A stretch of 64,000 bases of DNA from Tubulanus polymorphus (GCF_964204645.1 NC_134025.1:5270001-5334000); one strand, 5' to 3'; positions 1-14,310 are shown, counted from the first letter of the stretch. Program-made: numbers and translations. Notes: generated by a model not told the origin, from the sequence alone.

Positions 1-1
1 A

Positions 2-1952
2 TCAAAAGTCTACGATTTTGTAGTGGCAACACCTACCATCTTGATCTTGACAAGGTATGTCCACGATACATTTCATACCTTTCTGGTGCTTGGATGTGAT
101 CGTATCATCCAATAGATCAATCGGATCTGCGTACTCGGTATCTACAGAGAAAATCACGGTTAAAGATACACACGAACCCGAAAGCAATGAACAGGATGAC
201 GACACGATAGACAATACTGAGAAAACTGATAATAGTTTTTCCAAAATAAAGAGATACTGTAAACCTCGCTTTATTCGGACAAACTGGAATTGGCAAAAAT
301 TGGTCCGATGTTCTAGTAAAAGGCCGAGATATGAAAACACTTAGCAAATGACAAAAATAACTTCGTTTTTGTCCAAGTTAGTCTAAACTTTGAGTTGGTC
401 GTGTCCGAGTAAGGTGTGTTTTACAGAACATGTTAATTAATACCTACCTGATTGTTTTAGCGTTGATTCGACGTAAACATTAGAAACGAGCGGTTTGTTT
501 GAGGATCTCGACGACTGCCGATCAACTGACAATCTGTGTTAGGAAATCACGTATATTCATATATTGAAAAAAATCGAGTTAGATTGATCTTAGATCGATT
601 TTAGATCGATTTTATACGCAAATTACTCACGCAGTCTTGGATCTACTATGTTTCCTGCCTCTAATTGCGAAGACAACGCACGTAACGCCAAGGATGATCG
701 CTAAACAGGCAGTAACAGCAAGTAACACGATGATACTCTCCCGTGAAACAATCTTAAAACCTTAATAACGACAGAAGAACGTTAGTTGTAGTTGGATAAT
801 TTTGTTTTAAGCAAAAATCACAAAAATGCTCTTGAATCGAAATCTTTTCGCAACTCAACAAAAAAGTGTTTCCGAATGTGAGCTCACCTCTTTCATAAGA
901 CTTCGCAGATAACGAAAGATCTTTTTCATCTTCGACTGAAACTAAATAAAAAGCGATTACGCCAAGTTCGATCGAGATATAAATGCCAAATGAAAATGAT
1001 AATTTCCTAGTGCGGAAATGATTACAGTCTTCATGTCTCTTACCTTTTGTCGGTAGTGGTGTTTTCACTGATATAGACATCTGATCTATCGAATTGTTCG
1101 CGTAACAATACCATATACCCGACACTTCTTCTCTGATATCTGTGATTGCCACGCGAAATTCACCTGACCTCCAGTCACAAAGCTCCTTTAAAAACATCCC
1201 GAAGATGTCATTCACTAAGCTTATTCTTACACGTGCAATACGCAAAATTCTTGCTGATGAATAATAATTTTTTTGTATATATACTTTACAAAATCCATGA
1301 AATCCTACCTTTCTTATTTTCCTGAATCTACTTCTGAAAACCTGACAGTTTTCTGCGATCGACTTTGGGTACCTGTCTCCTGGTAGTTTATGGCGCAGAA
1401 GAAGTGGTTTTGAGAGGAAGTCACTGGTAGAGCACTGGATTTTCAGCGTGTCGCCCACGGTAGGATTTGCATCGCTTGCGTTTATGTGGACTTTAGCCAT
1501 CGCTGGCATAAACCCTAGTAAGAAAAAAAGAATCAGTATTGAAGTTTTTCTCGATTAGAATATGGTTCAAAACTACCCCATATATCTTGAATCGGGTGCC
1601 ATGATTACTCCTGATGTTAAAAGATTGTCTTGCCATTTTTTTTTAGTGAGTTGAATGATAAAACAATGTTTCATTCAGTAAAAAGAGCCTCTCCGACCAA
1701 CAGCACTCTAGCAGAAATTGAAAACCAGTCTCAGATTTTTAGGTTTGCCCCAATAAATGAATCAGTGGTTATTTTGGAATTATTCCTTTTTGGTTATGAA
1801 TGCAACTGAGTATCGGATTTCTAAAAATTCTATCAAAGTTTTGTAAATCTAATGAACGATATTAACTTAGCTTATGTGGAGTCAGTTTTTAACATACCGT
1901 AACACAACAAACAGAGCCAAATCAAAGTTCTTCTCATCTTGTATCGATCCAT
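2..1952 (-). CDS. Single Ig-domain type I transmembrane protein with cytoplasmic tyrosine motifs (multi-exon; 3' end uncertain at the window edge)
   Basis: Exon 1952-1898 gives MDRYKMRRTLIWLCLLCY and splices in phase 1 to GFMPAMA|KVHINAS (signal peptide). Ig-like exons: 'VGDTLKIQCSTS' ... 'FRVAITDIREEVSGIWYCYANN'. TM exon ~753-631: 'ESIIVLLAVTACLAIILGVTCVVFAIRGRKH'. Cytoplasmic exons ~533-449 (SNVYVES) and 140-78 (DTEYADP). All junctions GT-AG. Confidence 0.75.
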
Positions 1953-2630
1953 CCCATAATGATAATAAATTAATGATCAATGTCAAATGCATTTTATATG
2001 TAACTGAGTAAACATCCTGGTTTATTTTGGACACACCAGATTTTTTGTTATCATTAACAGCCATATGCGCTAAAATCAATGCAATTGTTTTATTGTGAAT
2101 GAAAATCAATGATTAGATCCCACGTTTAGAGGAAAATTCTTTTCAAAAATAAAATTAGGAATAATACGGAAATTAGCACCAGTACGAAGAAACAAATTAA
2201 AGAGTCGCCATGGTTGAATGAATAACTGACTAATCCCATTTATTCAGGGTCAAATATTTTGGAACAAAATTTGTTTGTTTGAATTTGTTTTAATACTAAT
2301 AACTATTTCATACTGTTTCTTTTTCATAGAGGTATTCAGAAACATTGATAAGCCTTTTAGCAACACTTCGTTTCGTTTGGTCGTTTCCAGTTCCGAAAAA
2401 TGGAAATATATTTTTTTGTGTATTTCAATTGATGAATGCTGTTAAAATCTTCCTGTATATTTAAACCCACAGCTATATGATGTACATGATGTAGGTCCGC
2501 ATATATATCTATATAAATATATATTTATTCAAGTTGCTTTTTTCAGGATGGGTTACTGATTAGAATATGTATGTAAGTTGGGAACAAAGAAGGGGCTTAG
2601 GGGCAAGACTTTTGTTTTCAAGTTGGTGGG

Positions 2631-2639
2631 TATATAAAA
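2631..2639 (+). promoter_or_regulatory. TATA box of the insulin-like peptide gene
   Basis: TATATAAAA about 70 nt upstream of the ATG at 2704. Confidence 0.55.
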
Positions 2640-2703
2640 CTCGGTTTTCAATAGCGTCATCTTCAGAACACTCAAACGCAGATCTACGAAGACGTAGTTT
2701 GCA

Positions 2704-4675
2704 ATGGTAAAATGCACAGGTAAGTCTCTTAGATTGTTTTATATAAATGTATGCGTTTTGTGAATTCTTTTCTCATTAAATTCCCTTTCAATTTCATATT
2801 ATCACACGTTTAAATGAATCATGTGAATAATCAAATTAACATCCGTGTTTGTGTAAATGCGTTCGCTTTAGCTTTTATATTGTAGAATTATGATTAAATT
2901 TTCAAACAGTAAAATTAGACATAATTCCAAGAATTGAGCGTTCAAAAACGTAAACAAGATAAACTATTTGAAAAATTGTTTATAATAACTTTGAAAAACA
3001 TTACATTTGTTTTACTGGCTGATTGCCAAATACGTATGTACGTCGCGGGTTCGGTTTACAAAATAGTCATAGTACATTCAAATATTTCTTTTTTCTCTGA
3101 AAATTAATTTTGAAAATGTCAATTATACTCATAACTACTAGATTTCACGTGAATCCGGTTACTCTTCATTCCATCATGTTTTTCCATTAGTACAGATGTC
3201 TGTGAAATTTGTGACATCGAAATGAAATACTCATAAACATTATCAAAGTATCATGTAACATGGTTCTTTTCAGAATTTCTTGGGCTCCTGTCGCTAGTGT
3301 GGTGGTATTACAACATTTCCGTTGGAATCGCTTCACTCAATGCACGCGAACCTCCAAAAGAACAAACGAATGAACTTACTGAAAAGGAATTTTTGGGAAG
3401 GTAACGCAGAAAGGACTAGAATTTGAATCAAAATAGTTGATTTTCGGCCGGTAACTCATTTTTCTGTCTTTAACTATGTCGTGGGCCGACAATGTCCTGT
3501 ACGACTGACGGAAAGACAAAACATCTTTCATCATTCAGGTCCGTAGCTTGCGGGTTACAAAAAAGGTTTGCATTTAGAAAATCAAGTTTCAGAAATCGAA
3601 TCTAGGGTCTGTTGTATTTAATTCCCGGTCCAATCGACCTGCAGGTATTAGGACAGGTATTGACCTCCATAGGAACCCTTGAACTGGGAACGTATACCGG
3701 CACAACGCAACGTTTTCATTTTCGAACGCCGGTTTCAAAAAGGTCCACCAAAAAGAATACCCATATAATCCAATCAGTGACGCTACGGGCCTGATTAAGA
3801 GCAATCGTGTATACATAGATTTACTCATCGTGTGCCCGTTCATCATTTTACACCACCCAAACAAATCTAATCGGTTTAAAACAGTCTCTGAAAATGTCAC
3901 ATGAATATTGCTAGAAGCATCAAGAGTTAGAATGTTTTGAATTTTGTCAGAACTTCTTGTGGGTGGCGAGAAAAATTGTAGACATTTCCGGAAGAAGGGC
4001 AACGATGAAAACTTTTGGTTTTTTATGCACAATAGGTCGTCGGCAGAGTGGCAAACAAGATGGCATTCAGACTGTCACCGTCGTTGCCGCCAGGAACTAG
4101 TTGAACATATTAGAATTGCCTGTGAGAAAGACATTTATAGGGTGACTCGAGATGAACTCGGTATACCTCCGCCTTGGGTTATTAACAAAAGTGGTAGGTT
4201 CTGTCGCATCTCTATATGATATGTTTTATTCGTTTTGTTCTATGAACAAATAGATACGAAATGTCAATTCGGGGCTTGATATAGACCTTATCTAAATAAA
4301 GGGCATCATATTGCTGTCCGTTAAGCACGGATATTCAAAGTCATTAGTGTACTTCTGCCATAGGCGTCAGTGATTAAGGTCTATATTTTACCATAGTATC
4401 AATTTTGAATTGTCCGATAGTCGCCAATCACATGCAAAAACGAGATAGGCCTATATATTTTCATTTTAGAGACAGCTCGAAAAATTACCGTCAACAAGAA
4501 AATGGCGCTGTCATTCTTAACAGGACCCGGAGGAGGAGTTCGAATAAAGCGAGGAATTATGGAGGAATGTTGCATGTCAAAAGGTTGCACGTGGGAAGAA
4601 TATGCCGAAACATGTCGGTATTACAGCCGTGCACAAGCGCCAACAGGTTCATCGTCTGCTGCAGTTTGCAATTGA
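2704..4675 (+). CDS. Insulin/relaxin-like peptide precursor, dilp7-type (4 exons: 2704-2719, 3274-3400, 4036-4193, 4470-4675)
   Basis: Spliced product: signal MVKCTEFLGLLSLVWWYYNISVGIASL; B chain 'EWQTRWHSDCHRRCRQELVEHIRIACEKDIY'; C-peptide with 'ALSFL'; RIKR cleavage site; A chain 'GIMEECCMSKGCTWEEYAETCRYYSR...VCN*'. The CC-x4-C-TWEEYAE-x-C motif is characteristic of dilp7 orthologs. Exon phases are consistent, and AATAAA lies at ~4854. Confidence 0.92.
4279..4386. mobile_element. 108-bp MITE-like element in intron 3 of the ILP gene
   Basis: Perfect 12-bp inverted repeat ATATAGACCTTA (4279-4290) / TAAGGTCTATAT (4375-4386). Confidence 0.55.
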
Positions 4676-5365
4676 TTCTGGGGTTTTCCATGTATTTCTA
4701 GATTATTATCTACTGACACCTTTTAAATGCACGAAGGGTCGACCAAAATTCATTGAATATTGACTAGATTCTAAACTCATTATTTCAATCAATCGTACTG
4801 GTGTTCGAAAGCTTATAGAAATTGTTTTTGTTCCATCGACAATTGTTTACGAGAATAAAGATTCTTGAAAAAGGAAGAATTACGTAATTGTTTCAAATTC
4901 ATGTTCGATCAGTCCACCGTCATGTCTATATGATTTATTACATACGTACGTCACAAGTGTTCCGGAAAATGTGTTATTATTACCAATAAATCTGGGTGGG
5001 AAATATGTACTAATTGCGCGATTATAAGTACTTTGCCCGATACTTGTTGATCAAAAACCATTAATTTGTGTGATTTTCTCATTTAACCCAGTTATCAACA
5101 TGCTTATCTGTTGAGATAATTGCTTTTTGATCGGTTAACACACAATAGTTTTACATTTTCGAAGAAGCATTGAGGATACTGGAATCAGACGCTTATGGTG
5201 AGCAATATTGTTTTTCCGCATGTATTAGTGTCAAGATGAAGAAAACACAAATACACAGCATTGAATTATAATACGTCCAGACAATATGCATATTAGATAC
5301 GGTACTATAATCTTTGATTATATTTTTCGAATATTCTTTTTTCATCTACTCTTTCTTGTGTACAG

Positions 5366-5698
5366 ATGAGAACTTTGATTGCATTCACCGTTCTTCTGTT
5401 GCTGTGGCCCAACGCCTTGCTAGCCAGTGGCAAAAGACGTAATGTTTTGTTGATGAATTCGTTAGTCGAACATTGTTTGTTAAAATGTGTATATTGCGCT
5501 ACAGCGGGTAGAGCGTTGCGTTACGACGAAGCAGCATGCGAAAACGAATGTTGGAGTAGCTACGGCATGCAGGTTGATGACGGATGTGTCATACACGCGA
5601 CCAAGAAGAAAAAAAAGAATCGTGCTAATAAACGAAAGAAAGGAAAAAGGCGACGAAATGGAAATTCAAAGCGCCGTCGCAAAAAACAACGTCAGTAA
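5366..5698 (+). CDS. Eclosion hormone-like secreted peptide with a polybasic C-terminal extension
   Basis: Signal peptide MRTLIAFTVLLLLWPNALLA, then GKRR, then C-x3-C-x2-C-x13-C-x3-C-x11-C (EH spacing is C-x3-C-x2-C-x12-C-x3-C-x10-C). An acceptor 'tacag' sits immediately before the ATG, with a probable upstream exon ending ATG|gtgagc at ~5197. AATAAA at ~5832. Confidence 0.78.
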   Translation: MRTLIAFTVLLLLWPNALLASGKRRNVLLMNSLVEHCLLKCVYCATAGRALRYDEAACENECWSSYGMQVDDGCVIHATKKKKKNRANKRKKGKRRRNGNSKRRRKKQRQ

Positions 5699-6178
5699 AA
5701 CAGAACTGACTGCAAATATCATATAGTCGATCATACACCTGTAATGACCGAATTATTAATCAAACGAAAATTATACGTAGATTCTATAAAATCTACATTC
5801 ACAAATGAAAATTGAAATTCTTATTCTATTGAATAAAAATTTAGAAAATTACTGCTATGCTGCTTTTCTTGAGTTGTGCAAACAAGAGTTGTGGTCTGCA
5901 GTACTGGTTCTTCGAGAATTGCAGAATTATGCTCCAGTGCCAGAGCCGCGCCTGATATTGGTTCGTCTGTATTGACCGTTACGTGCTGCCCCTATATATA
6001 ACATTGACGGTTAATATGTGAACTAACCCTATATAATATTATATTCGTACTGTGGCATGCGAGTGTGTATCTGTGGCACGCGAGTAGTAATCATTACGCG
6101 TTTGGCAGAAAGGTTTTAGGTGGTAAATATCGTGCCAGGTCTCAAGGTCGTTGTCCAAGTTGAAAAAAAAAATAAAAA

Positions 6179-8583
<2,405 letters not shown>

Positions 8584-8675
8584 ATGATGAAAGAGAACGA
8601 ATTTGGGAGTGTTTTTTGAATTAAATGTTTAGCTTTTGTTTTGGACGAGGAAGTACTAACAGTAGAGGATGCAAG

Positions 8676-8790
8676 ATATAGGCCACAACGCAACTTGGCC
8701 TCAAACACCTGGGGAATACACTCGACTCAATACTTGGTACCGATCAACTCCGTTAACCGCCCACAGAGTCATTCATTAAATCATTCAATA
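8676..8790 (-). mobile_element. Possible SINE central/3' fragment
   Basis: Minus strand reads '...gagtgtattccccaggtgtttgagg...', resembling conserved invertebrate SINE domains from memory, and is flanked by a short (gaat)-rich tract. No head visible. Confidence 0.3.
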
Positions 8791-10318
8791 AAAGATTATT
8801 TAAAAGGATCTATATTTATTTCCCAGAATAAGTCACTCTTGATACATATGGTAACAATACAACGCTCCCGAGAAAGGCGGAGTTGACTGGCTCAATATTC
8901 ACCTCATGATTGAAAGGTAGTTTGCATACAAATTTCCACATCAGTCACCCAATAGCGACATCTGATACAGGGCCCCAGTAATTTTGAATAAAGGCCCTTT
9001 TTGCAAACATTATTTCTATATTCAATAGAACAGTTCTTTTCCGGGTTTCTCTGCCCCACCCCCCAAAAAACAATCAAATGCTAGTACGGCGCTGTGATAT
9101 TAATTGATAAATTAAAAAATGTATCGCGCGTCTAACAAATCCTATTGACTTAGTACCTGGTACTGGTCAACTCGGACACTACTAAATGTACAACTATATT
9201 ACTATAAATCTATCGCGGCTTATTGTGAAAGTATCGTTATAAGTAATACGCGTTGATTCAGAAAGACCAGGCCATATTTTTCGTCCCTTTCATTGATATC
9301 AGCATTTACGAATATTGTAATATATGATGTATGCATGTGTATTATTTTATGATTTATGTGGAAAATACGAAAGGCATTAACAATAATCATAGATAATGTT
9401 ACTGAATTGCTGTCGTTAGTCCAGCTGGCGACGAATTCAGGATTATATGGCTGCCGATTTTATGTCAATTATAAAAGTGATCAGTCACAATTTGTAACAA
9501 CAGTGATACTGTCAACAATTACAGATATATAAATCTAAGGCACTTTGAAGGAGTATTTCTTGTTTGGATATGTATTTAACGTTGAAACAGTGCAACAATA
9601 TAACTGAAATTGACGTTGTTCAACCTTTCACTGATATTGAATGGTTGTAAATATCTATCGTGATTTATGTATCTCACATCGAAAAATCAAAGAACCATTC
9701 AAACGAACAAAACGAAATAGTTTGACGCATCCAATTCGCCTCAGTCTTTGGTCCGAATGATTAGAATGTTACAAACCACCGTAATTCAAAATGTATACAG
9801 GCGTTGGGGAACAAATCCTCAGATGACGCATCGGCGAAATCAAGTTAACCCTTATGAGCAAAATTTTCTTAAATTTCCCTTATTCAATTATGTCTGCAAT
9901 CCTTTTCTTCAGATGTTTTATTTCTAGAGCGTTTACTTTGAATGAGAAACATTTTTAATGAGTGTGTCTTGTGTCTTGATTATAAACTAACAGGTCCTTT
10001 AGAACAGCAATTCAGACCCTAAACCTGTTATTTGTATGTGGATATGTGGCATCCATGTGACTCAAGATCACATGCCTGTTCCATTGATTCTATGCAGCGA
10101 TTGTTGTAAATTTGCGACAGACCTTTGATGAACTCGAAAACTATCAACAAATAGGATCACCCATAAATCTTCGAACCACCATATTTTCCGAGAATGATAA
10201 ATTTCTAGTGGCATTTGAGCATCAGAAATTTATTGATACCGATATATTCGTGAAAATATAATTGCTGATACTACAGGCGCACCGTACTCTAGACAGAACA
10301 TCTACATCAATCTGAAAA

Positions 10319-11970
10319 ATGAAGGTAATCATATATTTAAATTTAATAAGGGATATATATGTTCGTGCTCATTTGTAGGACGCTGTAATTCGATAGAGTC
10401 ACTTAGATGTTGTGGGAAATTATTCATAACGAGTGATATCTCTCCGAAATCTAGGCTCTATGGGTTCATATATTCTTTATATTATATTTTCCAGATGAAC
10501 ATGTTGTTTCTAATCGTCATCGCGGCGTCGCTCGCACAGACGTGTTCAGCGAAACCACCGAACATCGTCTTCATTGTTGCAGACGATCTCGGGTGGAATG
10601 ACGTCAGCTGGCACAATCCCGCTATGAAGACTCCAAACATCGAAAGTTTAGCGAGAAATGGAATCATTCTCAACCAATCGTACGTTCAGCCGATGTGTTC
10701 TCCGTCACGGAGTGCCTGGTTAAGCGGGTATTATCCTTATCACACCGGTATGCAGCATACGGTGATATTTGAGTATACCGCCTTTGGCCTTCCTCTGAAT
10801 ATCACGACATTGCCTCAGAAGTTGAAGCAGGCTGGCTACCGTACGCATATAGTCGGTAAATGGCACCAAGGATTCTGTAACTGGAGATATACCCCAACAT
10901 ATCGCGGATTTGATTCATTCCTGGGGTACTATAACGGCATGGAAGATCATGTTACTCATTACAGATGGAACGGTTTAGATTTTAGATTCAACGAAAAGCC
11001 ATTGCGTGCATTCAATGGCACATACGCTAATTACGTGTTTGCTCAAAGGGCAAGTGACATTATCAATACGCACAAACAAGAAGAAGGTCCGTTGTTTTTG
11101 TACTTACCTTTTCAGAACGTCCACGCTCCACTCCAAGTCCCCAAACAGTACGAAGACCTTTATCAAAACATTCAAAACCGACCACGACGTATTTATTCGG
11201 GGATGGTCACAATGCTCGACGAAGCAATTGGAAATGTTACTTCTGCATTGAAAGAAAGCGGAATGTACGATGAAACCATCATAATTTTCACTACCGATAA
11301 TGGTGGGCAACCAGTAGAAGCCGGCAATAATTGGCCACTTCGTGGTGCTAAAACCACGTTATGGGAGGGTGGAACGCGAGGTGTGGCTTTCGTTCATAGT
11401 CCGTTGCTAAAAAAGACCGGCTTCGTTTATGACGGTATGATACATGCGGCGGACTGGTTCCCGAGTATTCTTTCTATAGCATCCGTTAAAACTGAAGATG
11501 CTATAGACGGCGTTGACTTTTGGTCTAATGTCATCAACAACAAAACTTCATCAAGAAACTCGTTTGTTTACAATATAGACGACATCTTCAAAAATGGTGC
11601 CATTCGCGATGGTAATTATAAACTCATAGTGGGGAATCCAGGTCATTTGAACGATTGGTACCCTGTTCCAAAACTAAGTAATCACCAGCCAGGATTGCCC
11701 CTATGTAAAGATACCGAAGGCGAATGTGCCGAATTACCGGACGAAGCGATTCCCCGGAGCTGGCCGTTTGACAAAGTGAAACTGTTTGATCTGAGTAAAG
11801 ATCCGACTGAACACTACGATCTATCGAAATCGAATCCGACTAAAGTTCAGGAGATGCTCAAAACGTTTCAGAATCACTTGAAGAGTTTGATACCAGGGAA
11901 TCCAAATAAACGTGATCCAAAAGCAAACCCGGCATTCTTCAATAACACATGGAGTCCTGGATGGTGTTAA
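10319..11970 (+). CDS. Arylsulfatase B/I/J-like sulfatase, copy 1 (mini first exon ATGAAG 10319-10324; main exon 10495-11970)
   Basis: Signal peptide; PPNIVFIVADDLGWNDV; formylglycine motif CSPSR; GKWH; RGFD; TDNGG; NNWPLRGAKTTLWEGGTR; C-terminal W-x-P-x-W-C. Confidence 0.95.
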
Positions 11971-11989
11971 ACTGGGAAACAACAATTTG

Positions 11990-12093
11990 TAACTTAGGTG
12001 AAAGTTACACAGTTGCGAATTAAGATTTGACTCAGAGTTAACTCATTGAAAATGAACTAATTTCAATTCAGAGTTAACTGTGGAACCGGACCC
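11990..12093. mobile_element. MITE remnant immediately 3' of sulfatase copy 1
   Basis: Repeated palindromic 'cagagttaact' units ending in the TIR-like 'ctgtggaaccggaccc' (12078-12093). The left end is not found. Confidence 0.4.
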
Positions 12094-12740
12094 TGACTAT
12101 ATTATGTTGTCTTGGATAAGGATTTCAGATATTTCGCTACCAAAATGCTTGCTGAAAAACCTGACCTGTATACAACTGCATTTTGAATAAAAATCTATAT
12201 ATCTGATGTATTAGCTGTATGTCGTGTTGTTTTTTTCTATCTGTCGTATATAAAAGGCACATTTCTTACGGTCGTGAATTCGATCTCGCATCGTTTAAGG
12301 AGGTATACTCGGTGATGATATGCCATAATTGTAAAACTGAATGACAAGGACTATCCATATCCATCGGGTTGAAATTGCAATTGTTGCATAAATTATGTGT
12401 CCATTAAATGATAATTGGTCCCAGGCTTTTTTATTGACTAAATACACAACAGGTGTAGGCACTGCAATACGTTTCGAGTCACGCGACATGTTCTCAGACA
12501 AACCAGTATTATCTAGATCAAGTGCCCCGAAAACACCTATTTTTACATACAACCTCGTTGCAGATATGATATTATGTAAGATATCAGACATTGCTTTGGA
12601 ACTGACGGGCCTTGTGCTAATTGTTATACTCCTCGTGACATTTCGAAAAATCACATGGTATATTGATTCAATTGTGCATAGCAAGCACCTCATGCACGTA
12701 ACAGCTGTAAACTGTTAGAAACTAACTGGGATTATTCATC

Positions 12741-14310
12741 ATGAAGGTACTTGTTGTATGTATAAAACTGATACGAGTTGTACAGAACACGAAACCCGCT
12801 TCATTTAATTCTTATTTTCCAGATGAACATGTTGTTTCTAATTGTCATCGCGGCGTCGCTCGCACAGACGTGTTCAGCGAAACCACCGAACATCGTCTTC
12901 ATTGTTGCAGACGATCTCGGATGGAATGACGTCAGCTGGCACAATCCCGCTATGAAGACTCCAAACATCGAAAGTTTAGCGAGAAATGGAATCATTCTCA
13001 ACCAATCGTACGTTCAGCCGATGTGTTCTCCGTCACGGAGTGCCTGGTTAAGCGGGTATTATCCTTATCACACCGGTATGCAGCATACGGTCATAATGGC
13101 GTACGCTGGTTACGGTCTTCCCCTGAATATCACGACATTGCCTCAGAAGTTGAAGCAGGCTGGCTACCGTACGCATATAGTCGGTAAATGGCACCAAGGA
13201 TTCTGTAACTGGAGATATACCCCGACATATCGTGGATTTGATTCATTCCTGGGGTACTATATCGGCGCCGAAGATCATTACACCCACGAAGTCTATGACG
13301 GCAGATGGAATGGTCTAGATTTCAGATTCAACGAGAAACCATTGCGTACATTCAATGGCACATACGGCAATTACATCTTTACTCAACGGGCGCGTGACAT
13401 AATCAAAACTCACAAACAAGAAGAAGGTCCGTTGTTTTTATACTTGCCTTTCCAGAACGTCCATGACCCGCTTCAAGTTCCCAAACAGTACGAAGACCTT
13501 TACCCAAATATTCGAAACCGACCACGAAGAATATTTTCTGGAATGGTTACCATACTCGACGAAGCAATCGGAAATGTGACTTCTGCATTGAAAGAAACTG
13601 GAATGTACGATGATACCATCATAATTTTCACTACCGATAATGGTGGTCAGGTTCGGAATTCTGGCAATAACTGGCCGCTTCGCGGTTCAAAGACCACGCT
13701 ATGGGAGGGTGGAACGCGAGGTGTGGCTTTCGTTCATAGTCCTTTGCTAAAAAAGACCGGCTTCGTTTATGACGGTATGATACATGCGGCGGACTGGTTC
13801 CCGAGTATTCTTTCTATAGCATCCGTTAAAACTGATGATGCTATAGACGGCGTTGACTTTTGGTCTAATGTCATCAACAACAAAACTTCATCAAGAAACT
13901 CGTTTGTTTACAATATAGACGACATCTTCAAAAATGGTGCAATTCGCGATGGTAATTATAAACTCATAGTGGGGAATCCAGGTCATTTGAACGATTGGTA
14001 CCCTGTTCCAAAACTAAGTAATCACCAGCCAGGATTGCCCCTATGTAAAGATACCGAAGGCGAATGTGCCGAATTACCGGACGAAGCGATTCCCCGGAGC
14101 TGGCCGTTTGACAAAGTGAAACTGTTTGATCTGAGTAAAGATCCGACTGAACACTACGATCTATCGAAATCGAATCCGACAAAAGTTCAGGAGATGCTCA
14201 AAACGTTTCAGAATCACTTGAAGAGTTTGGTACCAGGGAATCCAAATAAACGTGATCCAAAAGCGAACCCGGCATTCTTCAATAACACATGGAGTCCTGG
14301 ATGGTGTTGA
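12741..14310 (+). CDS. Arylsulfatase B/I/J-like sulfatase, copy 2 (mini first exon ATGAAG 12741-12746; main exon 12823-14310)
   Basis: Same motifs as copy 1; identical ATGAAG|gt donor and ttttccag|ATG acceptor architecture. Confidence 0.95.

Noticed and set aside
6021-6175. CTAACCCTA downstream of a TATA-like motif as a telomerase RNA template
   Set aside because: It is only a 9-nt match with no convincing pseudoknot or H/ACA domain, and the region is the NSUN4 promoter/5' UTR.
12295-12718. Overlapping 132-aa (-) and 107-aa (+) ORFs between the sulfatases
   Set aside because: They have no recognisable motifs or supporting splice structure, and the region is the promoter of copy 2.
10495-14310. 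Horizontal transfer of bacterial sulfatases (nearly intronless CDS)
   Set aside because: The motifs, signal peptide and conserved short first exon fit animal ARSB/I/J-type genes, and nothing in the sequence points to a bacterial origin.
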